The translations under genes were made by a program, and so were the position numbers. The notes beneath the pieces are model-generated. The model searched no databases, was not told the origin of the DNA, and worked only from the letters and a program-made list of their open reading frames with translations. This document shows, piece after piece, positions 27,478-36,347 of a stretch of DNA of 64,000 nt. The stretch is from the NCBI GenBank assembly GCA_020060105.1, contig JAGVAV010000002.1, positions 6,186 through 70,185 on the forward strand. The letters run 5' to 3'. Every line of letters starts with the position of its first letter. Position 1 is the stretch's first letter. The DNA is from Candidatus Woesebacteria bacterium. GTDB taxonomy: Bacteria; Patescibacteriota; Microgenomatia; Woykebacterales; 2-01-FULL-43-14.

Positions 27478-28545
27478 TTATTCCCATATTTCCGTAATGG
27501 ACAGATAGGCCAGTAAATAGCAAATAATTGATTCTGCGCCTTGATTTAAATTTACCCCCTCAGAAGTAAGACCGTCAAAACAGCCCCCTGTCACTTCATC
27601 GTGTAAGGGTATTTCTTTTAGGTTATTTCCATGAAACCAAGAAAACCAAAAAATAGCTTTCTCCTTAAAAATTTTATCCTTGGTGATCTTATAGGCAATA
27701 GAGCTTGCTAACACTAAATAAGCAGGGTCTATGGCTTGCTGGTCATACAAAGCTCTGCTCTTTCCTTTACAGTACCAGCCATTTTGACCGACTGGAGAAG
27801 GCTTTCCGTTCACAGTGCAAACCTCGAATAAAAAGTCCAAACTTTCAGTCGCCACCTTCAAATACTCTTCGTCTTTAGTTGCCAAATAAGAAAGAAGTAG
27901 GGCGTAGGGAAAAACCGCGTTTCCGTAAGTAACTCCTTTTTCAAACCAACGCCACTTGCTGAAGCTGTTTTTCTTAAATAAGGATATCAAATCATTACTT
28001 AAACTAATCAATGACTTTCTAAACTGTTCATTTTGAGGTTCCTTTTGAGACAAAAAGGCTAATCCTAGTAAGGTATATGCTTTAGCTCTAGGGTATGTTA
28101 AATACCTAATGTTTGGTAAAACCTCCGCGGCTAAGTAACTTGACTGGAGAGTGATATCTCTTCTAACCCCGGCAAAGGCCGCAAAACCGAGAGACCAAAA
28201 AGCCCTCCCAAAACAGTCCTGAGATCTGGCTTCATCTAAAAAACGATGGTCAAAGCTGAGAAAATTAAAAAAATCGCCTTCCTCGGTCTTGGCGTGAGAA
28301 ATAAAGGACAGATAAATTAAAGCTAGATCTAAAGTCGTCTGGTTTTTAAACAGTAAATTTAGCCAAACACTCACGACAAATGCGCGAGAATTATCGTCTA
28401 AAGTATAACCAAGTTTACGGTCTGGTACCGCGTATTTTGCATGTTGGATTATTCCGGTGGGAGTTGTAAGTCGCTCCAAGTATCGAATATCGGGGGGTAA
28501 CTTAAAGTTAATGTTTTTGAGATAGTCTTGATATTTAGCTTCCAT
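27478..28545 (-). CDS. Hypothetical protein co-transcribed with a GT4 glycosyltransferase. Possibly a glycosidase-like alpha/alpha-toroid protein, but the family is not recognised.
   Basis: The 355-aa ORF overlaps the upstream GT4 gene by 11 nt. Motifs GYTLDDNSRAF and NQGAES are suggestive only. Confidence 0.5.
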   Translation of the reverse strand: MEAKYQDYLKNINFKLPPDIRYLERLTTPTGIIQHAKYAVPDRKLGYTLDDNSRAFVVSVWLNLLFKNQTTLDLALIYLSFISHAKTEEGDFFNFLSFDHRFLDEARSQDCFGRAFWSLGFAAFAGVRRDITLQSSYLAAEVLPNIRYLTYPRAKAYTLLGLAFLSQKEPQNEQFRKSLISLSNDLISLFKKNSFSKWRWFEKGVTYGNAVFPYALLLSYLATKDEEYLKVATESLDFLFEVCTVNGKPSPVGQNGWYCKGKSRALYDQQAIDPAYLVLASSIAYKITKDKIFKEKAIFWFSWFHGNNLKEIPLHDEVTGGCFDGLTSEGVNLNQGAESIICYLLAYLSITEIWE

Positions 28546-29725
28546 TTTCTTTTGCTACCAAACAAAACAAATCAAGGTGCTTCAAGGCCACGTTAGACCA
28601 AGTCATGTGCCGACCATAACCGTAGGCTTTCCTTTCCATATTTTCTTTAACCGCCAACTCCTCCAAAAGGTTCCTCACAGCCTCTGAAACCGCACCAGAA
28701 TCCCTAAACGGAACTAAGTAACCTCGTCCGTTAGCCAAAGCCTCTTTAGCGTAAACATAGGGAGTGGAAACGCAAGTTTTCCCTGCCCCTATCGCGTAAG
28801 CGAGAGCCCCACTAGTAATTTGTTGAGGATCTAAGTAAGGGGTAATATAAATATCTGTGGCTCTTAAATAAGAAATTAACTCTCCAAGTGGTAGATAACG
28901 ATTAATAAATCTAACGTTTTCTTCAACCTTCAATTCCTTTACCAATTTTTCCAGGTAAAGCCGATACCTCTCACCTTCACTCTTTTGAACTACAGGATGA
29001 GTTTTACCTATAACTAAATACAACACCTTTGGGTGCTTGGCTAGAATTTCTGGCATCGCCTTAATAACGTACTCTACTCCTTTGTTTGAAGATAGTAAAT
29101 TTATTGTTGCTAAAATTGAATAATCCTGCAGATTAAGTGCTACTTTATGAGGCAACGACGGGCCTAAAGGTATATCCGGGACGCCGTGATAAATAGTCAC
29201 AATCTTCCTTTTACTTACTCCGTATATTTTATTTAATCTTTCCGCGGCACAGTGAACCATGACAATAATTGCTTTAGACATACGTGCAACCCTCTCCACA
29301 ACCGCCACCTGTTGAGGATCAGGCTTATCTAAGACAGTATGAAACGTGGTTACAACCGGTCGACGAATTTTTTCCAAAAAAGAAACGATATGTTCACCGT
29401 ACTGCCCGCCGAATAAACCAAATTCGTGCTGAATGCTAACTAACTCTGCTCCCGACTGATTAATATAGTTAGCGGCATCAGAATAACTCTGATTATCGTT
29501 TTGGGCTATTCGAAACTTCACTTCCCAAGGGTAGTCATACTCTGCGTTCAAGTCATTAACAGCCATAATTTCTGCCAAAGCATCTGGGTTCAATTCGTTT
29601 ATTGCCGTAGTCAAATCCTTTGTATAAGTAGCTATCCCACACTGCCTAGGAATGTAACTTGACACATAAATTACTTTTACCTTGCGTTCTTTCTTGTCAA
29701 GCTTTTTTCGATAATATTTAACCAT
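28535..29725 (-). CDS. GT4-family glycosyltransferase
   Basis: Glycos_transf_1 C-domain. The start is taken at the ATG (MVKYYRKK...) positioned right after a strong promoter, which makes the mRNA leaderless or nearly so. Confidence 0.8.
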   Translation of the reverse strand: MVKYYRKKLDKKERKVKVIYVSSYIPRQCGIATYTKDLTTAINELNPDALAEIMAVNDLNAEYDYPWEVKFRIAQNDNQSYSDAANYINQSGAELVSIQHEFGLFGGQYGEHIVSFLEKIRRPVVTTFHTVLDKPDPQQVAVVERVARMSKAIIVMVHCAAERLNKIYGVSKRKIVTIYHGVPDIPLGPSLPHKVALNLQDYSILATINLLSSNKGVEYVIKAMPEILAKHPKVLYLVIGKTHPVVQKSEGERYRLYLEKLVKELKVEENVRFINRYLPLGELISYLRATDIYITPYLDPQQITSGALAYAIGAGKTCVSTPYVYAKEALANGRGYLVPFRDSGAVSEAVRNLLEELAVKENMERKAYGYGRHMTWSNVALKHLDLFCLVAKENGS

Positions 29726-29732
29726 GATATGT

Positions 29733-29761
29733 ATAATACTACTTTGTAGCAAATCTTTCAA
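29733..29761 (-). promoter_or_regulatory. Sigma70-like promoter for the GT4-hypothetical operon: TTGAAA, 17 nt, TATTAT. The TSS falls at or next to the start codon.
   Basis: Minus-strand hexamers with a 17-nt spacer. The -10 element ends 7 nt before the ATG. Confidence 0.5.
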
Positions 29762-29854
29762 GATAAGTCCTGTCTAGTCGTGGGTCCGAAAAAATGTACT
29801 AAACCCCCCGTTAAACCTCTTGACAGGGTCAAAAATTTATGAGATTATAAATAG

Positions 29855-30045
29855 GTAAGGTATTGGCTGAAAGGTCGATAGCTTGAGGAACCCAACGGGG
29901 AGTACGTTAACAATTTGCCCCACTCTCCAAGTCCATAAACCTCTACTTGCTAGAGTTAGTTGGGCTTCCTTTAAGAAACTTTGAAATAAAAACAACCGTA
30001 ACATATTTGAACCCCTAGTCCGAGGACTAGGGGTTCTTTAATTAT
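29855..30045 (+). ncRNA. Candidate small non-coding RNA of about 190 nt, with its own promoter and intrinsic terminator, lying between two minus-strand GT4 genes
   Basis: Plus-strand promoter TTGACA(29820), 17 nt, GATTAT. No ATG anywhere in the transcribed stretch. Perfect 13-bp hairpin GAACCCCTAGTCC-GA-GGACTAGGGGTTC followed by TTTAATTAT at 30009..30045. Confidence 0.35.
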
Positions 30046-30097
30046 CGAGACTAAGACAAGGTTACTTTGTGTTGATTGTCTGCGTGTCAGCAGTCTT

Positions 30098-31240
30098 TTA
30101 TCTTTTCGCGTAAACCTTCTCAAAAACACTTAGCGTTTCTGCCGCACACTTATCCCAAGAGAATGTTTTCACTCGTTTAAGTCCCTTTGACCTCAAAACG
30201 TTTCTCAGGTTATTGTCCGTTACAACTCGATAAAGAGCGGCGGCAATATCGTCAACGTCGTAGGGGTTCACTAAAATCACCGCCTCCCCTCCAACTTCCG
30301 GGAGGCTGGAAACATTCGAAGTAACCACAGGACACTCACACGCCATCGCTTCCAACACAGGCAACCCGAAACCCTCAAATAAGCTAGGTAGAACAAGCGC
30401 TTCTGCTGATGAATATAGTATTGGTAGATCTTCGTCCGTCACGTAATTAACAAACTTAACCTTATCCGCCAAGTTGAGCTTCTCAGGAAGTTTATATATC
30501 TCCTCGTTTAACCACCCTGACTTACCAACTAGTACCAAATCAATACCAGCTTTCTTTCCCGCCAACAAAGAGTAAGCCTTAATTAAACGTACTAAATTTT
30601 TCCGCGGTTGGATTGTTCCCACAAAAAGGAGGTACTTCTCACCTAATCCGTACTTTAACTTAACCTCCTTTTTCTTACCTGGATCTTTAACCGGTTTAAA
30701 CAAGCTATCATCAAAACCCTCGTGTATCACCGTCACCCTCTCCGGATCGATAGAAAACCGACTCAGTAAATTCTTCTTTGTGAACTCTGAAACAGCAATT
30801 ATATGCGTAGCAAAACGAGTCGCGTAACCAGTCGACCAGTTTAAATAAAATTTACTGGTAAAATTACGCCTATCCTCGTTACCTAAATCATGAATAGTAA
30901 CAATCGTCTTTAACGCGGGCTTACGAATCACTGGTAACGCATGTGCGGGGACAAATAGAACGTCTGGAGGATAAACTAAACATTCCGCCGCCAACCCTAA
31001 TTGTGTCCATAATCTTGGCAACTTAATTAATCGAGTGCTAACATTGCTCAGCTTGTTAGAAACTTCACTCACAACCTGTAACTTCTCTAGGAAGGGGTCG
31101 TCACAATAAGGGCTTAAATAGAGAATGAAATGATTCCTTTTGTCTATCTTAATCAAAGACTTGACTAAATTGTAACTGTAGTTTTCTGTACCCGTCCGTT
31201 CTCGAGTAAACGCACGGCTTGCATCAATCCCAACACGCAT
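30098..31240 (-). CDS. GT4-family glycosyltransferase
   Basis: Classic GT-B fold and EX7E region (LPSLFEGFGLPVLEAMACECPVV). Confidence 0.85.
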   Translation of the reverse strand: MRVGIDASRAFTRERTGTENYSYNLVKSLIKIDKRNHFILYLSPYCDDPFLEKLQVVSEVSNKLSNVSTRLIKLPRLWTQLGLAAECLVYPPDVLFVPAHALPVIRKPALKTIVTIHDLGNEDRRNFTSKFYLNWSTGYATRFATHIIAVSEFTKKNLLSRFSIDPERVTVIHEGFDDSLFKPVKDPGKKKEVKLKYGLGEKYLLFVGTIQPRKNLVRLIKAYSLLAGKKAGIDLVLVGKSGWLNEEIYKLPEKLNLADKVKFVNYVTDEDLPILYSSAEALVLPSLFEGFGLPVLEAMACECPVVTSNVSSLPEVGGEAVILVNPYDVDDIAAALYRVVTDNNLRNVLRSKGLKRVKTFSWDKCAAETLSVFEKVYAKR

Positions 31241-31255
31241 ATAAGCATAGATTAA

Positions 31256-32260
31256 CTATTTCTTACTAATACTTCTTTTATACAAACTGATATTTTCTAG
31301 AGCAACCCCTGTACCATAAACGACGCACAAAAGCGGGTTCTCAGCGACATAACAAGATACACCGGTAACATTAGTAAATAATTTATCCAAATTTCTCAAC
31401 AGCGAAGTTCCTCCGCTCATCACAATACCTTTATCAATTATGTCTGAGGCTAACTCTGGAGGAGTTTGTTCTAATACTCCCCTCACGGCATCAACAATAG
31501 CGTTCAAGGGGGTACTAATTGCCTGAGTTACTTCTGTTGAGGATAACTCAATCACTCGAGGTAAGCCGGCGATACTGTCTCTCCCGCGAACATCCATTTT
31601 TACTTCTTCTGGTAGCAGCACGGCACTGCCAATGTTAATTTTGATTTCTTCGGCCATTCTTTCCCCAATGATTAAGTTATACTTTCTCCTGACGTAAGCC
31701 GTAATGGCCTCATCAATTTTATTACCGCCAACGCGAACTGAATTATGAACCACTACCCCACCTAAAGAAATGACAGCCGTTTCCGTAGAACCACCACCGA
31801 TATCAACAATCATGTTACCTGAAGGAGCGGCGATAGGAATCCCCGCCCCGATCGCTGCTGCTAAAGGTTCGTCTATTAGGTAAGCCGTTTTGGCTCCTGC
31901 CGAAAGAGTGGCGTCAAGAACAGCTCGGCGCTCCACTGAAGTAACACCAGCGGGCACGCAAATCATCACCTCAGGTTTAAACAGTCGTGAATGGCCACAC
32001 ACTTTATCAATAAAATAATGCAGCATCGCTTCCGTCACGACGTAGTCCGCAATCACTCCGTCCCTCATAGGACGAGATGCAGTTATCCCTTCGGGAGTCC
32101 TCCCTAACATTTCCTTCGCTTCATTGCCAACTGCCATCACCTTTCCATCCTCAGTATTTATTGCCACAACAGTCGGCTCATTAAGCACAACACCTTTGTT
32201 TTCTAGAAAAACAAGCGAATTAGCTGTTCCTAAATCAATGCCCAAACGTTTACCAAACAT
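31256..32260 (-). CDS. Second MreB-family actin homolog, a paralog of the mreBCD-linked copy
   Basis: [11 protein letters not shown] and all actin-fold motifs. About 50% identical to the MreB at 15347..16399. Confidence 0.88.
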   Translation of the reverse strand: MFGKRLGIDLGTANSLVFLENKGVVLNEPTVVAINTEDGKVMAVGNEAKEMLGRTPEGITASRPMRDGVIADYVVTEAMLHYFIDKVCGHSRLFKPEVMICVPAGVTSVERRAVLDATLSAGAKTAYLIDEPLAAAIGAGIPIAAPSGNMIVDIGGGSTETAVISLGGVVVHNSVRVGGNKIDEAITAYVRRKYNLIIGERMAEEIKINIGSAVLLPEEVKMDVRGRDSIAGLPRVIELSSTEVTQAISTPLNAIVDAVRGVLEQTPPELASDIIDKGIVMSGGTSLLRNLDKLFTNVTGVSCYVAENPLLCVVYGTGVALENISLYKRSISKK

Positions 32261-32358
32261 AACTTAATTATAACAATCATTAAAACACTCGTAAATTGTT
32301 TTTTCACTAAAAACATCAGTAAGAATCAAAGTTTCACAAACCCAACCACCAGTGTCGC

Positions 32359-33498
32359 TTGCTTAAAACTGAAATTTCTGATAAAATGGCTAACTATATG
32401 GACCAAAAGTTCCTCTTTTTCGTAATCGTATTTTCAATTATCAGCATCACTGCAACAATCCTAATATTTTTCGCCAAAGGCTATAAAATTGATTTAGTCA
32501 ATAAGACTTTAGAACAAACGGGAATGATTGCCGTCATCTCAAATCCTCAGGGAGCCTCAATATACTTAAACAACCATCTTATCAGTGCCACAAACTACAC
32601 AATTTCTAACCTTAGTCCGGGTGAATACGTAGTGAAAGTTGTGAAAGAAGGCTATGCAAGTTGGGAAAAAAGAGTTGAAGTAAAACCGCAAGTGGTGACC
32701 CCTTTAGAAATCACTCTCTTCCCTGCAGTTCCTGAATTAAGACCCCTAACTTACACTGGAGTAGGTGACCCAAAGATTTCCTTTGATGGAACTAAAGTTG
32801 CCTACAAAGTCAAAAACGGGGAAAAGTCTGGGCTCTGGGTACTCGATCTGGCGGATAAACCATTGATTTTTTCTCGTGATCCTAAGCAAATTGCTAGGGA
32901 TACTAAGACTCTAGCTTTTTCGGAAAGTACTTTTGAATGGGCGCCTGATAACAAAACGATTCTTTCTACTCTACAAGAAGAAGGGAAAAAAGAGGAAGCG
33001 TTTACTCGAAACTACTTACTTAATATTGATCAATTAAATAACGACCGACTCTATGATGTAACGCCAACAATCGAGAGCACGAAAAGGAATTGGGAAGAAG
33101 ATAGAGAATTAAAAAACAAAGATCGATTAAGCCGCGTTAACGAAGAGGGAATCAGTCTAGCAGAAGGTTGCGACATAAAATGGTCCCCAGACGAAACTAA
33201 ATTTATTGCTGTAAATGAGGAAAAGAGAACTATATTTGACACTAAAAATAATAAGTCTTATTCTTTACCTGCAGCTAATAACTACACCTGGTTTCCGGAT
33301 AGTAAGCATATTATCCTAGTTAAACAAGATGTTATTAGCATTATCGAATCAGACGGAACCAATGAAATGGTAATATACAACGGCAATTTCGACCAACAAG
33401 TCGTTTTTCCCTGGCCAAATGGGAGTAAGCTAATTATTGCGGCCAACTTTAATACTACGGCAAGCCTAAACCTCTACACAATCAACCTAAAACCTTAA
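32359..33498 (+). CDS. Membrane-anchored PEGA-domain protein with a C-terminal TolB/WD40-like beta-propeller region
   Basis: N-terminal TM. PEGA-like segment (ISNPQGASIYLNN...GEYVVKVVKEGY). Repeated beta-strand motifs (GTKVAYKVKNG...DGTNEMV). Confidence 0.6.
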   Translation: MLKTEISDKMANYMDQKFLFFVIVFSIISITATILIFFAKGYKIDLVNKTLEQTGMIAVISNPQGASIYLNNHLISATNYTISNLSPGEYVVKVVKEGYASWEKRVEVKPQVVTPLEITLFPAVPELRPLTYTGVGDPKISFDGTKVAYKVKNGEKSGLWVLDLADKPLIFSRDPKQIARDTKTLAFSESTFEWAPDNKTILSTLQEEGKKEEAFTRNYLLNIDQLNNDRLYDVTPTIESTKRNWEEDRELKNKDRLSRVNEEGISLAEGCDIKWSPDETKFIAVNEEKRTIFDTKNNKSYSLPAANNYTWFPDSKHIILVKQDVISIIESDGTNEMVIYNGNFDQQVVFPWPNGSKLIIAANFNTTASLNLYTINLKP

Positions 33499-34184
33499 TT
33501 AGCCAGTTTAGCTGTTACTATCAACCTCCTAAAATTAGTTCCAGGCGGGTCACAAGTCTGCAAGGTTAATATTGGCTCCGAAGAAGGTTCTGTTAGGTAC
33601 TTCGTATCCGTAGCTTCAACTATCTTTTTCTCGGTAACAAGATAATCATACCGCTGCCCTTGGTAAAAGGTCACTACTCGGTCCCCCTTTTCCAATTTGT
33701 TAAGTAACGTAAACAAAGTCGCATAAGGGCCCATTTGCCAAAAATTTAGGGTGGAGTGCGCAAAAATAAAAACATTATTATTTTGATTTTCTTTAGAACC
33801 TGGAAGGGCTGTGCCTTTAGCGTGAGCGGCCCCACTTCTTAGCGCTTGCATGTACTCAGTGTAGTTAGCACTGTCCACATTCTTCACCACCGGAGCGTTA
33901 ACGTTAATCTTCTCAACGACCAAACCAAAATCTCTAGAAACAGGAACTATTGAAATAGGCCTCGGTTGAGAAAGTAAGTTCCCAAAACCTCTACCCACAT
34001 TTGTTTCATCTCCACTCTCTTCAGAAATAACATACTGCTGGCCTCTTAACTTATCCCAGTAGAAACGAAACTCCATTCCCACCAACGGCCAAAAGGTAAG
34101 AAAAGTAAATATAATCCCAAGCATTATTAAAGTATTTGCAATAGTTCTAACTAATACAAAGGTTATGTAGCGTCTTCTCGCCAT
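33495..34184 (-). CDS. Sortase-family transpeptidase
   Basis: N-terminal TM, catalytic His (IFAHST), TLxTC Cys motif (LTLQTCDP), and a conserved Arg (FRRLIV). Confidence 0.78.
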   Translation of the reverse strand: MARRRYITFVLVRTIANTLIMLGIIFTFLTFWPLVGMEFRFYWDKLRGQQYVISEESGDETNVGRGFGNLLSQPRPISIVPVSRDFGLVVEKINVNAPVVKNVDSANYTEYMQALRSGAAHAKGTALPGSKENQNNNVFIFAHSTLNFWQMGPYATLFTLLNKLEKGDRVVTFYQGQRYDYLVTEKKIVEATDTKYLTEPSSEPILTLQTCDPPGTNFRRLIVTAKLAN

Positions 34185-34194
34185 AAAGCCTCCG

Positions 34195-34273
34195 TGGCGC
34201 CCCTGGAGGGAATCGAACCCCCGACAAACATCCCTTAGGACGGGACTGCTCTAATCCGCTGAGCTACAGGGGC
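34195..34273 (-). tRNA. tRNA-Arg (anticodon CCT), CCA encoded
   Basis: Acceptor GCCCCTG/CAGGGGC, anticodon loop GTCCTAA, T-loop GGTTCGATTCC. The variable-loop alignment is slightly ambiguous. Confidence 0.7.
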
Positions 34274-34404
34274 GAACATAGTAAGTTTTTCGACAAGACC
34301 TGTTCACAAAAGCGATTAAGGATTATACTAAAATTTAGTTAAAATTGCAAAGGACAGCTTTAAATGCTAAAATTAACTTTTATTGACTATGGTAACTTGT
34401 AATC

Positions 34405-34479
34405 CGGGGACTAGCTCAGGGGTAGAGCGCTCGGTTCGGGACCGAGAGGCCCGCGGTTCAAATCCGCGGTCCCCGACCA
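34405..34479 (+). tRNA. tRNA-Pro (anticodon CGG), CCA encoded
   Basis: Acceptor CGGGGAC/GTCCCCG, anticodon stem-loop CTCGG-TTCGGGA-CCGAG. Confidence 0.85.
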
Positions 34480-34484
34480 AGAAG

Positions 34485-35066
34485 TTATTCGAACATAACG
34501 CCTTCTTCGGCCCTAGTATAAGAATGTATCTCTTCTTTCTTAAACCAGTGGTTAATTTCCCTTTCCGCTTCTGAAACATCCCCCGAAGCATGGATAAGGT
34601 TTTTCACCGCTCTTTTTCGAGAATTGGCTAAAGCCGGCGAGTCCAAACTAAAGTCACCTCTGATCGTCCCTGGCGCAGCAAAGGTAGGAATAGTATTACC
34701 CGTTAGCATTCTCACGTTATCAATCGCATGATTTCCCTCAAGAACAATTGCCAACACCGGACCGGAGGAAATAAAGTCTGCGTTCCACTGTCTTATCATT
34801 TTCCCTATCTCCAGGGGATCTTTAGTTCCAACGTATTTTATCGGATCCAAACCATATTCTGCATAAGTCTTTAAACTTTTCTCCCCCATCATCCGCATGT
34901 GCTCGTCGGTGGTTGGGTAATGCTTCATAGCGTGATCTCGGTCAGACCAAACCATTTTCATGCCGACTATTTTTAAGCCAGCACGTTCGTAGCGGTGTAA
35001 AATCTCTCCGATAAGACCCCTTTTAATCCCGTCGGGCTTAATTAGAACTAATGTTCTTTCAACCAT
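34485..35066 (-). CDS. ndk: Nucleoside diphosphate kinase with an internal insertion of about 40 aa
   Basis: LIKPDG, the catalytic His in NLIHASGD, and a C-terminal WF motif. The insertion follows the Kpn-loop region. Confidence 0.82.
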   Translation of the reverse strand: MVERTLVLIKPDGIKRGLIGEILHRYERAGLKIVGMKMVWSDRDHAMKHYPTTDEHMRMMGEKSLKTYAEYGLDPIKYVGTKDPLEIGKMIRQWNADFISSGPVLAIVLEGNHAIDNVRMLTGNTIPTFAAPGTIRGDFSLDSPALANSRKRAVKNLIHASGDVSEAEREINHWFKKEEIHSYTRAEEGVMFE

Positions 35067-35076
35067 TCTTTCTCCT

Positions 35077-36342
35077 TTAAAATTTCAACAATCTTAAATA
35101 GCTATCTTCGTTTTTATAAGGCCCAATGATTGCCAGATTTAACATCTCCTGTTTAAAGATGTCCTTTCCTACTTTCAAAACGTCGCTAGCCGTAACCTTA
35201 TTAATACCTGTGATTATTTCCTCTGGGGTTCTGACTTTTTTTTCTAAAAGCTCGTGTAAGGAGTAAATTAAAGAAACTTCCTTTGAATCCTCCAATTCTA
35301 AAATCAGTTTCCCTTTTAGGTTCTCCTTTGCTTTACTTAATTCTAACTCAGGAACAGCCTCGCTGGCAATCCTTACAAACTCTGCAATAATTAACTTAAT
35401 TGCTTCTTCCACCTTGCTTAATTCCACACCTGCTTGAACCATCAAATTACCTGTATCTAAATACTCATCGACACTTGAACGAACATAGTAAGCCAGCCCG
35501 CGTCTTTCTCTTAAGGAAATAAATAGTCGGGAACTCATTACCCCTCCTAAAATGTTATTAAGCACCATTAAAGAGTAATGATTTGGGTGATCTATCGGAT
35601 ATGCGGGCACTCCCAAAGCCAAATGGGCTTGTTCCGTTTCTTTAAAGTGTACCTTTATCCTTGGTTGGGATTGACTTAAACTCACTTTTTCAAACATTGG
35701 AACGTCGCCGCGATCTAAAGAACCAAAGTGTCCGTCTATCAAAAGTTTAATTTCCTCTTCCTTAATGTCTCCCGCCACACCGACAACAATGTTATTAGGC
35801 ACATAAAAGGATTTAAAATAATTAATAAAGCTGCCTCTATCAATACCGCGAACAGAGCCTTCATTTCCCGCAATATCCCAACCCAAAGGATTGCCATCAT
35901 AAAGTAGAGATTCAAAAATCGTCCCAACGTAACGCATAGGAGTATCCTTATACATTCTAATTTCTTCTAGAATCACTCCTCTTTCTCGATTTATTTCTTC
36001 GGTGTCAAATTTTGAATTCAAAACCATATCTGATAATACTTCAAGCGCTAACGGAAGGTGGTTGCTAGCCACTTTTATGTAAAAACCGGTATACTCTTTC
36101 GAAGTAAACGCGTTAAAGTCTCCTCCGATGCCGTCCACCGTACTTGAAATATCGAAAGTCGTTGGCCTTTTAGTCGTCCCCTTAAAAAACATATGTTCCG
36201 CAAAATGGGAAATACCGCTAGTTTCCTTACTCTCATACCTCGAACCCGCCCCTGCTAAAATCAGAATATTTGCGGACTTTACCTCCGGCATAGGGAACGT
36301 AATAACCCTAAGACCATTAACCAAAATGTCTTTTTGATGCAT
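35077..36342 (-). CDS. M16-family (insulinase-like) zinc peptidase
   Basis: Inverted zinc motif HFAEHMFFKGT (HxxEH). Confidence 0.85.
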   Translation of the reverse strand: MHQKDILVNGLRVITFPMPEVKSANILILAGAGSRYESKETSGISHFAEHMFFKGTTKRPTTFDISSTVDGIGGDFNAFTSKEYTGFYIKVASNHLPLALEVLSDMVLNSKFDTEEINRERGVILEEIRMYKDTPMRYVGTIFESLLYDGNPLGWDIAGNEGSVRGIDRGSFINYFKSFYVPNNIVVGVAGDIKEEEIKLLIDGHFGSLDRGDVPMFEKVSLSQSQPRIKVHFKETEQAHLALGVPAYPIDHPNHYSLMVLNNILGGVMSSRLFISLRERRGLAYYVRSSVDEYLDTGNLMVQAGVELSKVEEAIKLIIAEFVRIASEAVPELELSKAKENLKGKLILELEDSKEVSLIYSLHELLEKKVRTPEEIITGINKVTASDVLKVGKDIFKQEMLNLAIIGPYKNEDSYLRLLKF

Positions 36343-36347
36343 AAATT

